NCBI GenBank assembly: GCA_964441335.1
Contig: CAYTUI010000001.1
Span: 961 to 64,960, forward strand
Direction: 5' to 3'
DNA length: 64,000 nt
Origin: an uncultured Gammaproteobacteria bacterium
GTDB taxonomy: Bacteria; Patescibacteriota; Patescibacteriia; UBA1558; 2-01-FULL-52-15
Part shown: in pieces, positions 28,742 to 38,312 of the stretch
How positions within the stretch are numbered: the stretch's first letter is position 1
Layout of the letters: every line of letters starts with the position of its first letter
Position numbers and translations under genes: made by a program
The notes under the pieces: model-generated
The model's database searches: none
What the model was told of the DNA's origin: nothing
What the model saw: the letters and a program-made list of their open reading frames with translations, nothing else

Positions 28742-29712
28742 GTTTGGTGCTGGGAAAGTTTGCCCCGCTGCACAAAGGCCATCAGCTGCTAATTGAAACC
28801 GCCCGCCGGGAAATGGATAGGGTTAAGGTGATGATTTATAACTGTCCCGAAACAACAAATATTCCGTTGAACGTACGTTCCGGCTGGATCAAAAAGCTTT
28901 ATCCCGATGTCGAGGTGATTGAAGCCTGGGACGGACCAACTGAAACAGGACGGGCGGCCTGGATAAAGAAAAAAAATGAGGATTATGTTCTTAAAAAAAT
29001 AAATGAACCAATTTCAGCCTTTTACAGTAGTGAGTGGTACGGGGACCATATGAGCAAATTCTTAAACTGCGCCAATATTATGGTTGATAGGCCTCGTCAA
29101 AATTTTAACGTTTCAGGCACTAGAGTAAGAAACAACTCCTATCGTTACAGAAAGTATTTAGACCCCATTGTTTACAATGACTATTTGATCTCAGTTGTTT
29201 TATTGGGCGCTGAATCTTCTGGTAAGACAACTTTAACAAAAGCTTTGGCAAAAAAGTACAAGACAGTTTGGCTGCCGGAATACGGTCGCGAGTATTGGGA
29301 GAAAAATCAGCAGAACGGTTTATTGACTCATAATCAGCTGGTTGAGTTAGCAATTGAACATCGTCACCGTGAGTATGAGTTGATTATGAAAGCTAAAATT
29401 TTTTTATTTATCGATACTAATGCCATGACCACAGCGCTGTTTGATGAATATTACCATGGAGAAATAGATAGTCGACTCCAGAAAATGGCCAACGAAGATG
29501 CCGAGAGGCAGAATATTTTTCTGCTCTGCGATATCGATATTCCTTATGAAGACGACGGTAGCCGTTCCGGCGCAGAACATAGGATCAAATTTGCCAGGCG
29601 GATAGAGGAGGATCTACAGGCCAAAAAAGTCTCTTATTATAAGATCAGGGGAACATTGGAACAGCGTTTAAAACAGGTTAAGAAAATTTTAAATAGGATT
29701 GACATTTATTAG
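28708..29712 (+). CDS. nadR: NadR-type NMN adenylyltransferase / ribosylnicotinamide kinase
   Basis: GKFAPLHKGH, SGTRVR, GAESSGKTT, EYGREY, DTN. Confidence 0.9.
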   Translation: MATAKKNNDSIGLVLGKFAPLHKGHQLLIETARREMDRVKVMIYNCPETTNIPLNVRSGWIKKLYPDVEVIEAWDGPTETGRAAWIKKKNEDYVLKKINEPISAFYSSEWYGDHMSKFLNCANIMVDRPRQNFNVSGTRVRNNSYRYRKYLDPIVYNDYLISVVLLGAESSGKTTLTKALAKKYKTVWLPEYGREYWEKNQQNGLLTHNQLVELAIEHRHREYELIMKAKIFLFIDTNAMTTALFDEYYHGEIDSRLQKMANEDAERQNIFLLCDIDIPYEDDGSRSGAEHRIKFARRIEEDLQAKKVSYYKIRGTLEQRLKQVKKILNRIDIY

Positions 29713-29807
29713 ATGGCTAATATTAGCAAAAAAATCCATCAGAATATTTTCGATAAGTATCTAAAATAAGGATTTTTATCGAAGATCTGCTGATTAATCT
29801 TCCTGAC

Positions 29808-29886
29808 TTGACAAAAATGGCTAATTTTAGTAAACTTGGCCGTTTACTGTCAGGTCTTGGCAGGTAAATTTTTTTGCTCTTTGTTA
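29808..29886 (+). promoter_or_regulatory. Promoter followed by hairpin and boxA-like element
   Basis: TTGACA(29808)-17-TAAACT, hairpin, then TGCTCTTTGTTA. Confidence 0.6.
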
Positions 29887-29957
29887 AGGAATTTAGCAGT
29901 TTTAAACGCAGACCTTTTGGTCATCAACCACTACCCAGAAACGAGGAGGTATAGGCT

Positions 29958-30875
29958 ATGAAGAAGCCTTTCGGTCTCTACGATCCGTCTTTGGTCGGGA
30001 TAAACTACAAGCCGCGTATTGAAGAAGCGCGGGCAGAGGGTCGCGCGGCAGGTCTCAGTGATGCCTCAACGGATACCTTCCGGACCATGCTGGCGCTGAT
30101 CGATTTCCAGCAGTGCTTCACACGTCCGGGTATGCCGCTGTGTGTACCGGGGGCCGTGGATGATATCCGACGGATCATCGCCTGGATTCTGACCCATCCG
30201 GAGGAGATCACGCGCGTTCTGATTACCCTGGATTCTCACAGCGCCTTGCAGGTCTTCACCCGCTGGTGGTGGAAACATCGTGACGGCTATCATCCGGATG
30301 ACTTTACCGATATCCTCACCGACCGTGTGGAATCTGGTATATGGATTCCGCAGGTGATGCCGAAGTGGTCGAGAACCTACCCGCGCCGTCTTGAAGAGAG
30401 CGGACAGGCTCCGCTCAAGATCTGGCCCCAGCACGGCGAGGTGGGTAGTGAGGGCTGGCAGTTGGACCCGGCGTTGATCGAGGTGATCGAGTGGCTGTGC
30501 GCCGCCCGCAACATTGCCCCCACCTATCTCTTCAAGGGCAATGTGCCGGAGTCCGAGTACTACGGAATTTTCCGTCCCTGCATTCTGGTGCCGACTCACC
30601 CGGATGGGGGATGGAACTATCCACTACTCAACTGGTTCCCGACCTTCGACCGCGTCATTGAAGCTGGTGAAGCGGAGGAATTCTGCGTTGGCGAATCCAT
30701 GAAACAGCAGATCGCTCACTACCGCGAGGTTGATCCCGAGGTTCTCAAGAAGATCGTCTTCTTGCGCGACTGCACCTCCACTGTTCTGCCTGAGAACCGA
30801 GGCCGAGCGGATGAGCTGCTGGACACGATGAAGCACGTGGGCATCCAGGTGTCTACCACAACTGAGTTGGTCTAG
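29958..30875 (+). CDS. pncA: Nicotinamidase/isochorismatase-family cysteine hydrolase
   Basis: IDFQQCF, TLDSH, IWPQH, FKG, AGEAEEFCV; NAD-salvage context. Confidence 0.75.
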   Translation: MKKPFGLYDPSLVGINYKPRIEEARAEGRAAGLSDASTDTFRTMLALIDFQQCFTRPGMPLCVPGAVDDIRRIIAWILTHPEEITRVLITLDSHSALQVFTRWWWKHRDGYHPDDFTDILTDRVESGIWIPQVMPKWSRTYPRRLEESGQAPLKIWPQHGEVGSEGWQLDPALIEVIEWLCAARNIAPTYLFKGNVPESEYYGIFRPCILVPTHPDGGWNYPLLNWFPTFDRVIEAGEAEEFCVGESMKQQIAHYREVDPEVLKKIVFLRDCTSTVLPENRGRADELLDTMKHVGIQVSTTTELV

Positions 30876-30918
30876 TTGCTGGCTGGTTGGCAGACTGCTT
30901 GGGATGTTAAGCCGGGCT

Positions 30919-30950
30919 TGTGGGAGGGTCACGTCAGTGACCCTCCCACA
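30919..30950. terminator. Perfect 14-bp intergenic hairpin
   Basis: TGTGGGAGGGTCAC-GTCA-GTGACCCTCCCACA. Confidence 0.65.
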
Positions 30951-31060
30951 CCTAATTTTTTAGAAACTTGTTCCCAACAATCGTTGGAGACAAATTTCTA
31001 ACCTTGATTTTTTTGAGGTTATGCACCTTTCCAAGTCAACAACAAACAAGGAGGTAGCCG

Positions 31061-32449
31061 ATGCCTAAGGTGGCGGTTTTCGGAGGCAGTTTCAATCCGC
31101 CGGGTCAGCATCATTTTCTGATCGTCAGGGAATTGTTAGAGCGGGGCGGCTTTAATCAAGTGATTGTAGTGCCCTGCGGCCCGCGGCCGGATAAATTGAC
31201 TACAAACGATATCGATTCTGTCTCCAGAGCCACTATGGTCGATCTGACTTTCCGCGGCCTGGCGAACGTTGAAGTCGACCTGTTCGATCTGGAGAACGGT
31301 ACCTTTACCAGAACTCACCAGCTGGACAAGCGCTATGGCCAACGAGGTGATCTCTGGCATGTGGTCGGCACTGATTTGATCAGTGGCGGAGCCGTCGGTC
31401 AGTCCCAGATTCAGCGAGTTTGGAAAAACGGATCGGAAATTTGGAGTAGCCTCCAGTTTCTGGTCCTGGTGCGCAACGGGTACAAGCTGAATCAGGCAGA
31501 TTTGCCGCCGCGCAGTCAGGTTCAGCAACTGGATCTGGACGGTGCCAGCTCGGATATTCGGACGGCAGCCATGAATCACCGGTCGTTGGCCGGACTGGTC
31601 AGACCGGAGGTAGCCAGCTACATCGAGCGTCATGAACTCTATCGCGGTTCCTGGCCGCGGCGGACCACTCGCTTGCGCCTGGTGCAACCGCAGATCCTGG
31701 TCTTTCACGATCAGCGCAATGAGCGTGCGGTGGAAGTTGCTGCCGCTTTGCGCCGCTGGGAGTCGGATGACCCGAATCTGGTGGTGGCCGTTGGTGGAGA
31801 TGGCACTATGCTGCGCGCCATTCATCAGCACTGGCAGAGACATTTACCGTTTATCGGTATCAATGTCGGACACCGGGGGTTTCTGCTGAATAACCTGGAA
31901 GGCGATCAGCTGGCGGAAGTGGTTTCACAGGGTCTGGAGGTCCATCGTTCGCCGCTGTTGTACGTTGAGACCGTTACCAATCAGGGAGCTGAGCAACGGT
32001 CTTTGGTGGCCAACGATGCTTGGGTGCAGTGTCAGCCTGGCACTACGGGCTGGTTGGAGGTAAAAATTGACGGTCAGGTTCGCCTGCCACGTCTGGTCTC
32101 CGACGGTGTTCTGGTTTCAACCGCCGCCGGTTCTACCGCTTATGCCAGAGCCATGGGAGCAACGCCCATACCGGTTGGCACGCCGGAGCTAGTCCTAGTC
32201 GGTAACAACGTTCTGGAACCACCCAACTGGCGCTCGGCCTACCTGCCGCTGGACTCGCTGATTCAAATCAGGAGTCTCGATCAGGCTAGGCCGACCAAAA
32301 GGCCGATTCTGGGCTTTGTGGACGGTTTGTCTCTGGGCGAGATTCGGCAGTTGGATATCCGCGCCAGTCGGATAGCGGCTATTGAGCTAGCTTTCTTGCC
32401 CGGTTATAACCTCGGACACAAGCTGGCCGAGATCCAATTCCCTTCCTAG
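31061..32449 (+). CDS. NadD-like adenylyltransferase fused to NAD kinase
   Basis: N-terminal FGGSFNPP..H, VGTD, SSDIR, YI..H.LY; C-terminal GGDGT, GHRGFL, ND, STAAGSTAY. Confidence 0.88.
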   Translation: MPKVAVFGGSFNPPGQHHFLIVRELLERGGFNQVIVVPCGPRPDKLTTNDIDSVSRATMVDLTFRGLANVEVDLFDLENGTFTRTHQLDKRYGQRGDLWHVVGTDLISGGAVGQSQIQRVWKNGSEIWSSLQFLVLVRNGYKLNQADLPPRSQVQQLDLDGASSDIRTAAMNHRSLAGLVRPEVASYIERHELYRGSWPRRTTRLRLVQPQILVFHDQRNERAVEVAAALRRWESDDPNLVVAVGGDGTMLRAIHQHWQRHLPFIGINVGHRGFLLNNLEGDQLAEVVSQGLEVHRSPLLYVETVTNQGAEQRSLVANDAWVQCQPGTTGWLEVKIDGQVRLPRLVSDGVLVSTAAGSTAYARAMGATPIPVGTPELVLVGNNVLEPPNWRSAYLPLDSLIQIRSLDQARPTKRPILGFVDGLSLGEIRQLDIRASRIAAIELAFLPGYNLGHKLAEIQFPS

Positions 32450-32459
32450 TCGTTGAAAG

Positions 32460-32491
32460 CCGCAGGGACGAGCAGCAGCTCGTCCCTGCGG
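32460..32491. terminator. Perfect 14-bp intergenic hairpin
   Basis: CCGCAGGGACGAGC-AGCA-GCTCGTCCCTGCGG. Confidence 0.65.
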
Positions 32492-32600
32492 ACCCAATTT
32501 TGAAATAAAGAATTGCCAGTTTTATAAGTTGTCAGTTCCTTGTTTCAAACAAGGCCAAGTTCTTTGTAAATCTAAGAGATCAAAACCAAGGAGGAAAAAC

Positions 32601-33188
32601 GTGGAACGTACGGTGATTCATAGCGGTTTTTTGCAGCTGGAAGTTGTGGCAACACCACAGGGCCAGAGGGAGCTGGTGCGTACCACTGATTCTCTTTGCC
32701 TGTTGATTTTCGATCAGCTACGCAATCGGCTGATCTTAGTTCGACAGCCGCGGCCTTCACAGATGTCTGAACTCAATCCCGATAGTCCCCTGGCCAATCG
32801 CGAGGGGCTGATCACCGAGTGCTGCGCCGGCCGTTTCGACGGTCGGTATTCTCCGCTGGAGTTGGCGGTCAAGGAAGCCGAGGAGGAAACTGGTATTCAG
32901 GTCAATCCGGAGAATGTCGAGCTGCTGAACGGCGGGCGGCCCATGGCTGTGTCCGCCGGGGTCATCACGGAGTTATCCTATCTGGCGTACGTGAGGATCA
33001 CTTCAGATACCTCCGGTCTCGACCAGAAGTTGCACGGTCGGGCAGATGAGGGTGAGGAGATTCGTCTGGTCAGTCTGGACGCGGATCCTCGTTATCTGCA
33101 GGTGTACTTGGGCGGAGCTTGTCAGGACATTCGTGTCTTCACTCTGCTGCAGTATCATCTCAACAAGATGGAATGTCAGGTGTCCTGA
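32601..33188 (+). CDS. Nudix hydrolase, ADP-ribose pyrophosphatase-like
   Basis: LVRQPR, E..AGRFD....P...AVKEAEEETG, SAG...E, DEGEEI; GTG start after AAGGAGG. Confidence 0.8.
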   Translation: MERTVIHSGFLQLEVVATPQGQRELVRTTDSLCLLIFDQLRNRLILVRQPRPSQMSELNPDSPLANREGLITECCAGRFDGRYSPLELAVKEAEEETGIQVNPENVELLNGGRPMAVSAGVITELSYLAYVRITSDTSGLDQKLHGRADEGEEIRLVSLDADPRYLQVYLGGACQDIRVFTLLQYHLNKMECQVS

Positions 33189-33212
33189 CAGTTTCCAGGA
33201 GAGGAGTTTTCA

Positions 33213-34838
33213 GTGAGGAGTCTGTATCAAATCGTTCAGCAGATGTTTCCCCTGCAGCGTCTACCCTGGGATGAGTACTTCGCGGCCATGGCGCAGTCCG
33301 ACTTCAAGCTCGGGCGGCACCAGATTCCGGCCACCAAGTCATTCTTTATCAGGTCGGCGCCGTTTGGCGGATCGTTTGCGCTGCTGGGCGGTATTACCGA
33401 AGCCCTACGAACCATCAACGAGTTGCGCTTTGACGCAGATTTCCGGGCGATCATGGAGGAATTCGGCTACGAAGCCGATTTCCTGGACTGGTTGCAATCG
33501 GAAGAACGGTTGAAGGTTCAGGTCTACGCGCCGCCGGAAGGCAGCGTTTTCTTCCCCAGCGAGCCCGTGGTCACTTTTCGTGGGCCGTTGGCGCACATTC
33601 GGCTGGTCGAAGGCATGATGATTGAGGCGCTGAACTTCTCTACCTTGTCACTGACCAAATGGCAGCGACTGGTCAGGGTGGTGCGCCCCGGCTCTGTGTT
33701 GGAGTTCGCTCGTCGGCGATCGCAGCATCATCTCCGATCCTCGCTTTACGGTTTGCTGGCCGGTTGCCGGCAGATCAGCAACAGCGAAGCGGCCCGTCTG
33801 ATCGGCGTAAAGCCGGTCGGTACCATGGGTCATGAGTGGATGCAGTCGTTCGGCGATGTCCGCGAGGCCTTCGATGCCTGGCTCAAGGTCAATCCGCATA
33901 AGCCTGTTGGCTTGGTGGATACCTTGCAGTGTCTGGAGATCGATTTTCCGGCTTGGCTGGAGGCGGTCTACGAGCAGCGCGAGGTTGTAAAGGCCGCTGA
34001 CAGTCCGATCTGGGGCTGGCGCAACGATTCGGGTGACCTTGCCTACCTGACTATTGAGCAGTACATTCGCTTTTGGAAGCATCTGCTGTCTCAGGATCAG
34101 TGGTTTGCCGACCGCATGCACATTGTGCTGACCAACGATCTGGATGAGTACTCTTCGGAGGAAATCATCCAGCAGATTCGTAGCCAGGCCGGAGCCGCCG
34201 GTTTGGATGCCGAGGATCTGCTCCGACGGATCATTTGGGCGGCCGGTACCAAGCCGGGCACCTGCTATGATCAGCCGGCTTTGGGCGGCGTAGCCAAGCT
34301 GATGGAAGTCGATGGTCATGGCTGCATCAAGCTGGCTTTCGATGCCGACGGTAATCCGGGCGCCAAGACCTCGATTCCGGGGTTCAATCGCTCAGCGCTG
34401 ATCCGCGATCGTGATTCCGGTGAAGTTCACTGCCTGTTGATCTATCCGGCCGAGGACACTACTTTCCATCTGTTTGAGCATGATGGAGAAGGTTACTTCG
34501 GTGACGGGCGGAAGGGAGACGCTTGGGAGACCATTACCGCACATCATCCGGACACGCCCGGTTCGGAGCTGCACATCAAGAACTATCTGGTTCAGGGACG
34601 ACAGCAGCTGGTCTTTGATACGATCGATCAGAACGGCCTGACCGACGAGTGGATAGAGGACACTGTACAGTCGGTGGCTGAACGGGTTGTGAGGGAAATT
34701 GATTCCCTGCACTGGACTGTCAGCCGTCTCCGCAAGCCTCATCGGGTCAAGGTCTCTGTCACAGAAGGTCTGTTTGAGCAGCGGACGAATCTGATTCGTA
34801 CCCGCTGTCTGCGAACGGACAAGATGTGGAAGCAGTAG
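33213..34838 (+). CDS. pncB: Nicotinate phosphoribosyltransferase family
   Basis: PEGSVFFPSEP, EFARRR, GTMGHEW, LVDT, RNDSGD, TNDLDE, LGGVAKL. Confidence 0.85.
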   Translation: MRSLYQIVQQMFPLQRLPWDEYFAAMAQSDFKLGRHQIPATKSFFIRSAPFGGSFALLGGITEALRTINELRFDADFRAIMEEFGYEADFLDWLQSEERLKVQVYAPPEGSVFFPSEPVVTFRGPLAHIRLVEGMMIEALNFSTLSLTKWQRLVRVVRPGSVLEFARRRSQHHLRSSLYGLLAGCRQISNSEAARLIGVKPVGTMGHEWMQSFGDVREAFDAWLKVNPHKPVGLVDTLQCLEIDFPAWLEAVYEQREVVKAADSPIWGWRNDSGDLAYLTIEQYIRFWKHLLSQDQWFADRMHIVLTNDLDEYSSEEIIQQIRSQAGAAGLDAEDLLRRIIWAAGTKPGTCYDQPALGGVAKLMEVDGHGCIKLAFDADGNPGAKTSIPGFNRSALIRDRDSGEVHCLLIYPAEDTTFHLFEHDGEGYFGDGRKGDAWETITAHHPDTPGSELHIKNYLVQGRQQLVFDTIDQNGLTDEWIEDTVQSVAERVVREIDSLHWTVSRLRKPHRVKVSVTEGLFEQRTNLIRTRCLRTDKMWKQ

Positions 34839-34849
34839 AGCTGCTACAA

Positions 34850-34879
34850 GCCGGTGGTCACCAGCAGGTGACCACCGGC
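34850..34879. terminator. Perfect 13-bp intergenic hairpin
   Basis: GCCGGTGGTCACC-AGCA-GGTGACCACCGGC. Confidence 0.65.
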
Positions 34880-34970
34880 CCTTACTTCAGCCTTGTCATA
34901 AAGAAAATGAAAGGGTTGAAGAGAGGCTAGTTCATTCAATGTCTATTCTAAAACCAAGGAGGTGCTCTAA

Positions 34971-35927
34971 ATGAGTTCTGCTCAGCCGATCGCTCACGGT
35001 AGCGGTCAAATGGGGGCGCAGTCTATCTCCATTCAGGTATCCACGCGGGAGCGTTGCAACGCCGGTTGTCGTTTTTGCATTTCGCGAACAACGCCGGGAG
35101 TGGAAACACCGGGCAATCCTCATGAAGTTAAGTTCTGCGATGAGCCGCGTCTGCAGGTCGGGTTGAACTATGCCCGGCAGTTGGGTGCGACGCATGCTAT
35201 CCTGACATCACGAGCTGATCCTTCGCAGGAGGACCCAAGGTATCTGCACCGACTGATCAGTACCAGTCGTCAGTTCTTGCCGCTAGTGGACATGCATACC
35301 AATGGTTTTCTTTGGCTGCCTGGTAAGCCGCAAGCCGATGATCTGTCTATACTGGTGGTTTCGGGTCTGACCATGCTTACTCTGTCGATCGCTTCTTTCG
35401 ATCAAAATCAGAATAGAGAGCTGATGATGATCCGCGAAAGCGGTGCCGGTTTGATCCGTCGGGCTCGGGATTTGGGTCTGCTGGTCCGCTGCTCTTTGGT
35501 TGTCAATTCCCAGGGAGTCAACGATTACCAGGGGGTTATCAACTACATCAAACAGGCCGGCAACCTGGGAGCCCACATGGTGGTCGTTAGAGAAGTCTGG
35601 CGACCGGAAGTGTATGGCGATTTCCAGCCCGAAGTGCTGGACTGGAACAACTGCAACTGGGTGGATATCGGTCCGATCCAGAGTCAGTTTATCCAGGCCG
35701 CCGGCCAGAGGGACAACCCTTACGGCTTGCAGCTTCGTGACCCCTTGCCCTGGGGCACACCGGTTATGGTGATGGGCGGAGTGTTCGACGACCCCAATCA
35801 TGGGGTCAATATCACTTTCGCTCGTTGCGAGGAGGGTACCAGGGGCTCGACCATTAAGAGCATCGTCCATAAGCCCGATGGTCACGGTTATCGCAACTGG
35901 GATCACAACGGCGATATCCTCTACTGA
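34971..35927 (+). CDS. Radical SAM protein of unknown function
   Basis: CNAGCRFC (CX3CX2C), HTNG. Confidence 0.88.
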   Translation: MSSAQPIAHGSGQMGAQSISIQVSTRERCNAGCRFCISRTTPGVETPGNPHEVKFCDEPRLQVGLNYARQLGATHAILTSRADPSQEDPRYLHRLISTSRQFLPLVDMHTNGFLWLPGKPQADDLSILVVSGLTMLTLSIASFDQNQNRELMMIRESGAGLIRRARDLGLLVRCSLVVNSQGVNDYQGVINYIKQAGNLGAHMVVVREVWRPEVYGDFQPEVLDWNNCNWVDIGPIQSQFIQAAGQRDNPYGLQLRDPLPWGTPVMVMGGVFDDPNHGVNITFARCEEGTRGSTIKSIVHKPDGHGYRNWDHNGDILY

Positions 35928-35940
35928 TTAGGTGGAGGAC

Positions 35941-35968
35941 GGGGCATCTGCGTCGGCGCAGATGCCCC
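35941..35968. terminator. Perfect 12-bp intergenic hairpin
   Basis: GGGGCATCTGCG-TCGG-CGCAGATGCCCC. Confidence 0.65.
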
Positions 35969-36057
35969 CTTTCCCGAGGTCTTATCATCTATAGATAAGG
36001 TCTTAGGAGAGTTCAGTTCTTTAACACGCAACCATCTAAAACCAAGGAGGAGAGGGA

Positions 36058-38082
36058 ATGCTAAAGTCCGAACAGTTTATGGACGTTCGACAGCATGGGT
36101 TTATCCGTTTGGCCGTGATTGTACCCAGAGTTCATTTGGGCAATGTACCGGCAAACGTGGCTGAACATCTGATGAAGATCAGCGAGGTTCGCAGACAAGG
36201 CGCCAGTTATATAGTGGCTCCTGAGTTGAGTCTGACCGGCTACTCCAACGGCGATCTGTTTCATTCACAGGCACTGCTGGAAGCGGCCGTGATCGGTTTG
36301 GGCGAGTTGCTGGAGGCAACGGCAGCCTGGCCGCAGATCATCTCGGTCGGCCTGCCCCTGCTGGTGGACGGCGCGGTCTACAACTGTGCTGTGACCATTC
36401 ATCGGGGCGTTATTCTGGCGGTGGTGCCTAAGGCCTATCCGCCGGAGTATCGCGAGTTTTATGAGCAGCGGCACTTCGCCTCGGCCTATGAGGCTCAGTC
36501 CACTGTTATCAACCTGCTGGGTCAGACAGCTGCTTTCGGAACCGACATTTTGTTGGTTTCGGATCACAACCCGCGTCTGACGATTCACACCGAGGTCTGC
36601 GAAGATCTTTGGGTGCCGATTCCGCCCAGCACTGAGGCGGCTCTAGCTGGCGCAACGGTGCTGGCCAACCTGTCGGCTTCCAATATCACCATCGGTAAGA
36701 GCGGATATCGGGAGCTGTTGGTGGCCGGATCGTCAGCCAAGAATCTGGCTGTGCAGATGTACAGCGCGGCAGGTTTCGGTGAGTCCACGACTGACCTGTC
36801 CTGGGACGGGGAAGCCCTGATCGCCGAGCGTGGCGAAATTCTGGTCAGGGGTCAGCGTTTCAGCCTTGACGGCGGCACTTCAGTTGTGGCCGACGTGGAT
36901 CTGGAGCTGTTGGCACTGGAACGCGCCAGGCAGAATTCCTTCAGGTCAAACGCCAGTCAGCATCCCCGTAAGTTCCGGCGCATCCTGATTACTGGACAGT
37001 TATCTGATGCTGTTCAGGACGGGCTGGAGCAGGTGCATCACAAGTTGCACCGCTTCGTGGATCCGCATCCCTTCGTGCCTAGCGACCAGTCTCAGCGCGA
37101 TGAGCGCTGTCGGGAAACTTTCCTGATTCAGGCAACGGCTTTGGCCAGACGGCTGGAACAGCTGCCACAGGATCGTCGGCACGTGGTGGTGGGTATTTCC
37201 GGTGGACAGGATTCAACGCACGCGCTCAACGTGGCGGTCCATGCTATGGATCTCATGAAGATGCCGCGTCGCAACATCCTGGCGGTAACCATGCCGGGGT
37301 TCGGCACAACCGACCTGACAAAGAACAATGCCGTGGCATTGGTCAAAGCGGTCGGCGCTGAACTGCTGGTGATTCCCGTTAGTGAACTGTCGCTCCTGAT
37401 GTTCCAAAACATCGGGCATAATCCGGATGAGCACGACCTGACCTACGAGAACGTTCAGGCTTGGGCCCGGATGTATACGGAGCTGTCATTAGCTGCCGAG
37501 AAAGGAGGGTTGGTACTGGGGACTGGTGACTTGTCGGAGCTGATGCTTGGCTGGTGTACTTACCTGGGTGATCACGCCAGTCATTATGGTATCAACGCCG
37601 GTGTGCCCAAGACTCTTATTTCCTATCTGATCGCCTGGACCGCAGAGCAGGTCTATGGAGAGAAGGAACCGGAAGTTAGGGGTATTCTGCAGAGCATTCT
37701 GGTAACTCCGATATCACCGGAGCTCTTACCACCGGCGGCTGACGGTTCTATAGCGCAGAGAACGGAAGACAAGGTTGGACCATATGAGCTGCATGATTTC
37801 TTCGGTTATTACTTCGTTCGCTTTGGTTTCAGCCCCAAGCGCATCGTGCGTCTGGCATTGGCTGCCTTTGGCGACAAGTACTCCATCGGAGAGATCAAGT
37901 CTTGGTTCAGGCTCTTCCTGACTCGTTTCTTCCGGAATCAGTTCAAGCGATCTTGTTTGCCCGATGGTCCCAAGGTAGGTCTGACGTGCATCTCGCCTCG
38001 CGGTGACTGGCGGATGCCCTCGGATGCTGACCCGACTGTTTGGCTTCAGGATCTGGAGCTGGTACCGGACAACCTCAACTAG
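36058..38082 (+). CDS. nadE: Glutamine-dependent NAD+ synthetase
   Basis: PELSLTGY, PK..EFYE, CEDLW, GISGGQDST, ENVQA..R, GTGDLSE, QFKRS..PDGPK. Confidence 0.95.
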   Translation: MLKSEQFMDVRQHGFIRLAVIVPRVHLGNVPANVAEHLMKISEVRRQGASYIVAPELSLTGYSNGDLFHSQALLEAAVIGLGELLEATAAWPQIISVGLPLLVDGAVYNCAVTIHRGVILAVVPKAYPPEYREFYEQRHFASAYEAQSTVINLLGQTAAFGTDILLVSDHNPRLTIHTEVCEDLWVPIPPSTEAALAGATVLANLSASNITIGKSGYRELLVAGSSAKNLAVQMYSAAGFGESTTDLSWDGEALIAERGEILVRGQRFSLDGGTSVVADVDLELLALERARQNSFRSNASQHPRKFRRILITGQLSDAVQDGLEQVHHKLHRFVDPHPFVPSDQSQRDERCRETFLIQATALARRLEQLPQDRRHVVVGISGGQDSTHALNVAVHAMDLMKMPRRNILAVTMPGFGTTDLTKNNAVALVKAVGAELLVIPVSELSLLMFQNIGHNPDEHDLTYENVQAWARMYTELSLAAEKGGLVLGTGDLSELMLGWCTYLGDHASHYGINAGVPKTLISYLIAWTAEQVYGEKEPEVRGILQSILVTPISPELLPPAADGSIAQRTEDKVGPYELHDFFGYYFVRFGFSPKRIVRLALAAFGDKYSIGEIKSWFRLFLTRFFRNQFKRSCLPDGPKVGLTCISPRGDWRMPSDADPTVWLQDLELVPDNLN

Positions 38083-38088
38083 AGGTTT

Positions 38089-38131
38089 GACCCCGCCCCA
38101 ACACTTTTGTGTCATGGGCGGGGTCTTTTTT
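38089..38131 (+). terminator. Intrinsic terminator after nadE
   Basis: GACCCCGCCC..GGGCGGGGTC followed by a T run. Confidence 0.8.
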
Positions 38132-38312
38132 AATTTGATAGACCTTCGTACCGCCAGCCATTGGCTGATCGGGGCTTCGGTTTGGGGGCCTTAGATTTGT
38201 TTATTTTGTTAAATATATAAGCTTCAATGCTTAGCGCAGAAGTAGTTTGATCATCCTTGACAGCCTTAATTTTACCAGCTTAAATTAAGTTATAATTTGT
38301 AGTTATAAAAAT

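Noticed and set aside
34971-35927. Prokaryotic viperin
   Set aside because: Lacks recognisable viperin motifs such as CNYxCxFC..F.GGEP; only generic radical SAM is supported
30005-38194. Many overlapping 60-235-aa ORFs in the GC-rich region
   Set aside because: Shadow frames of well-supported NAD genes, with no motifs or SD
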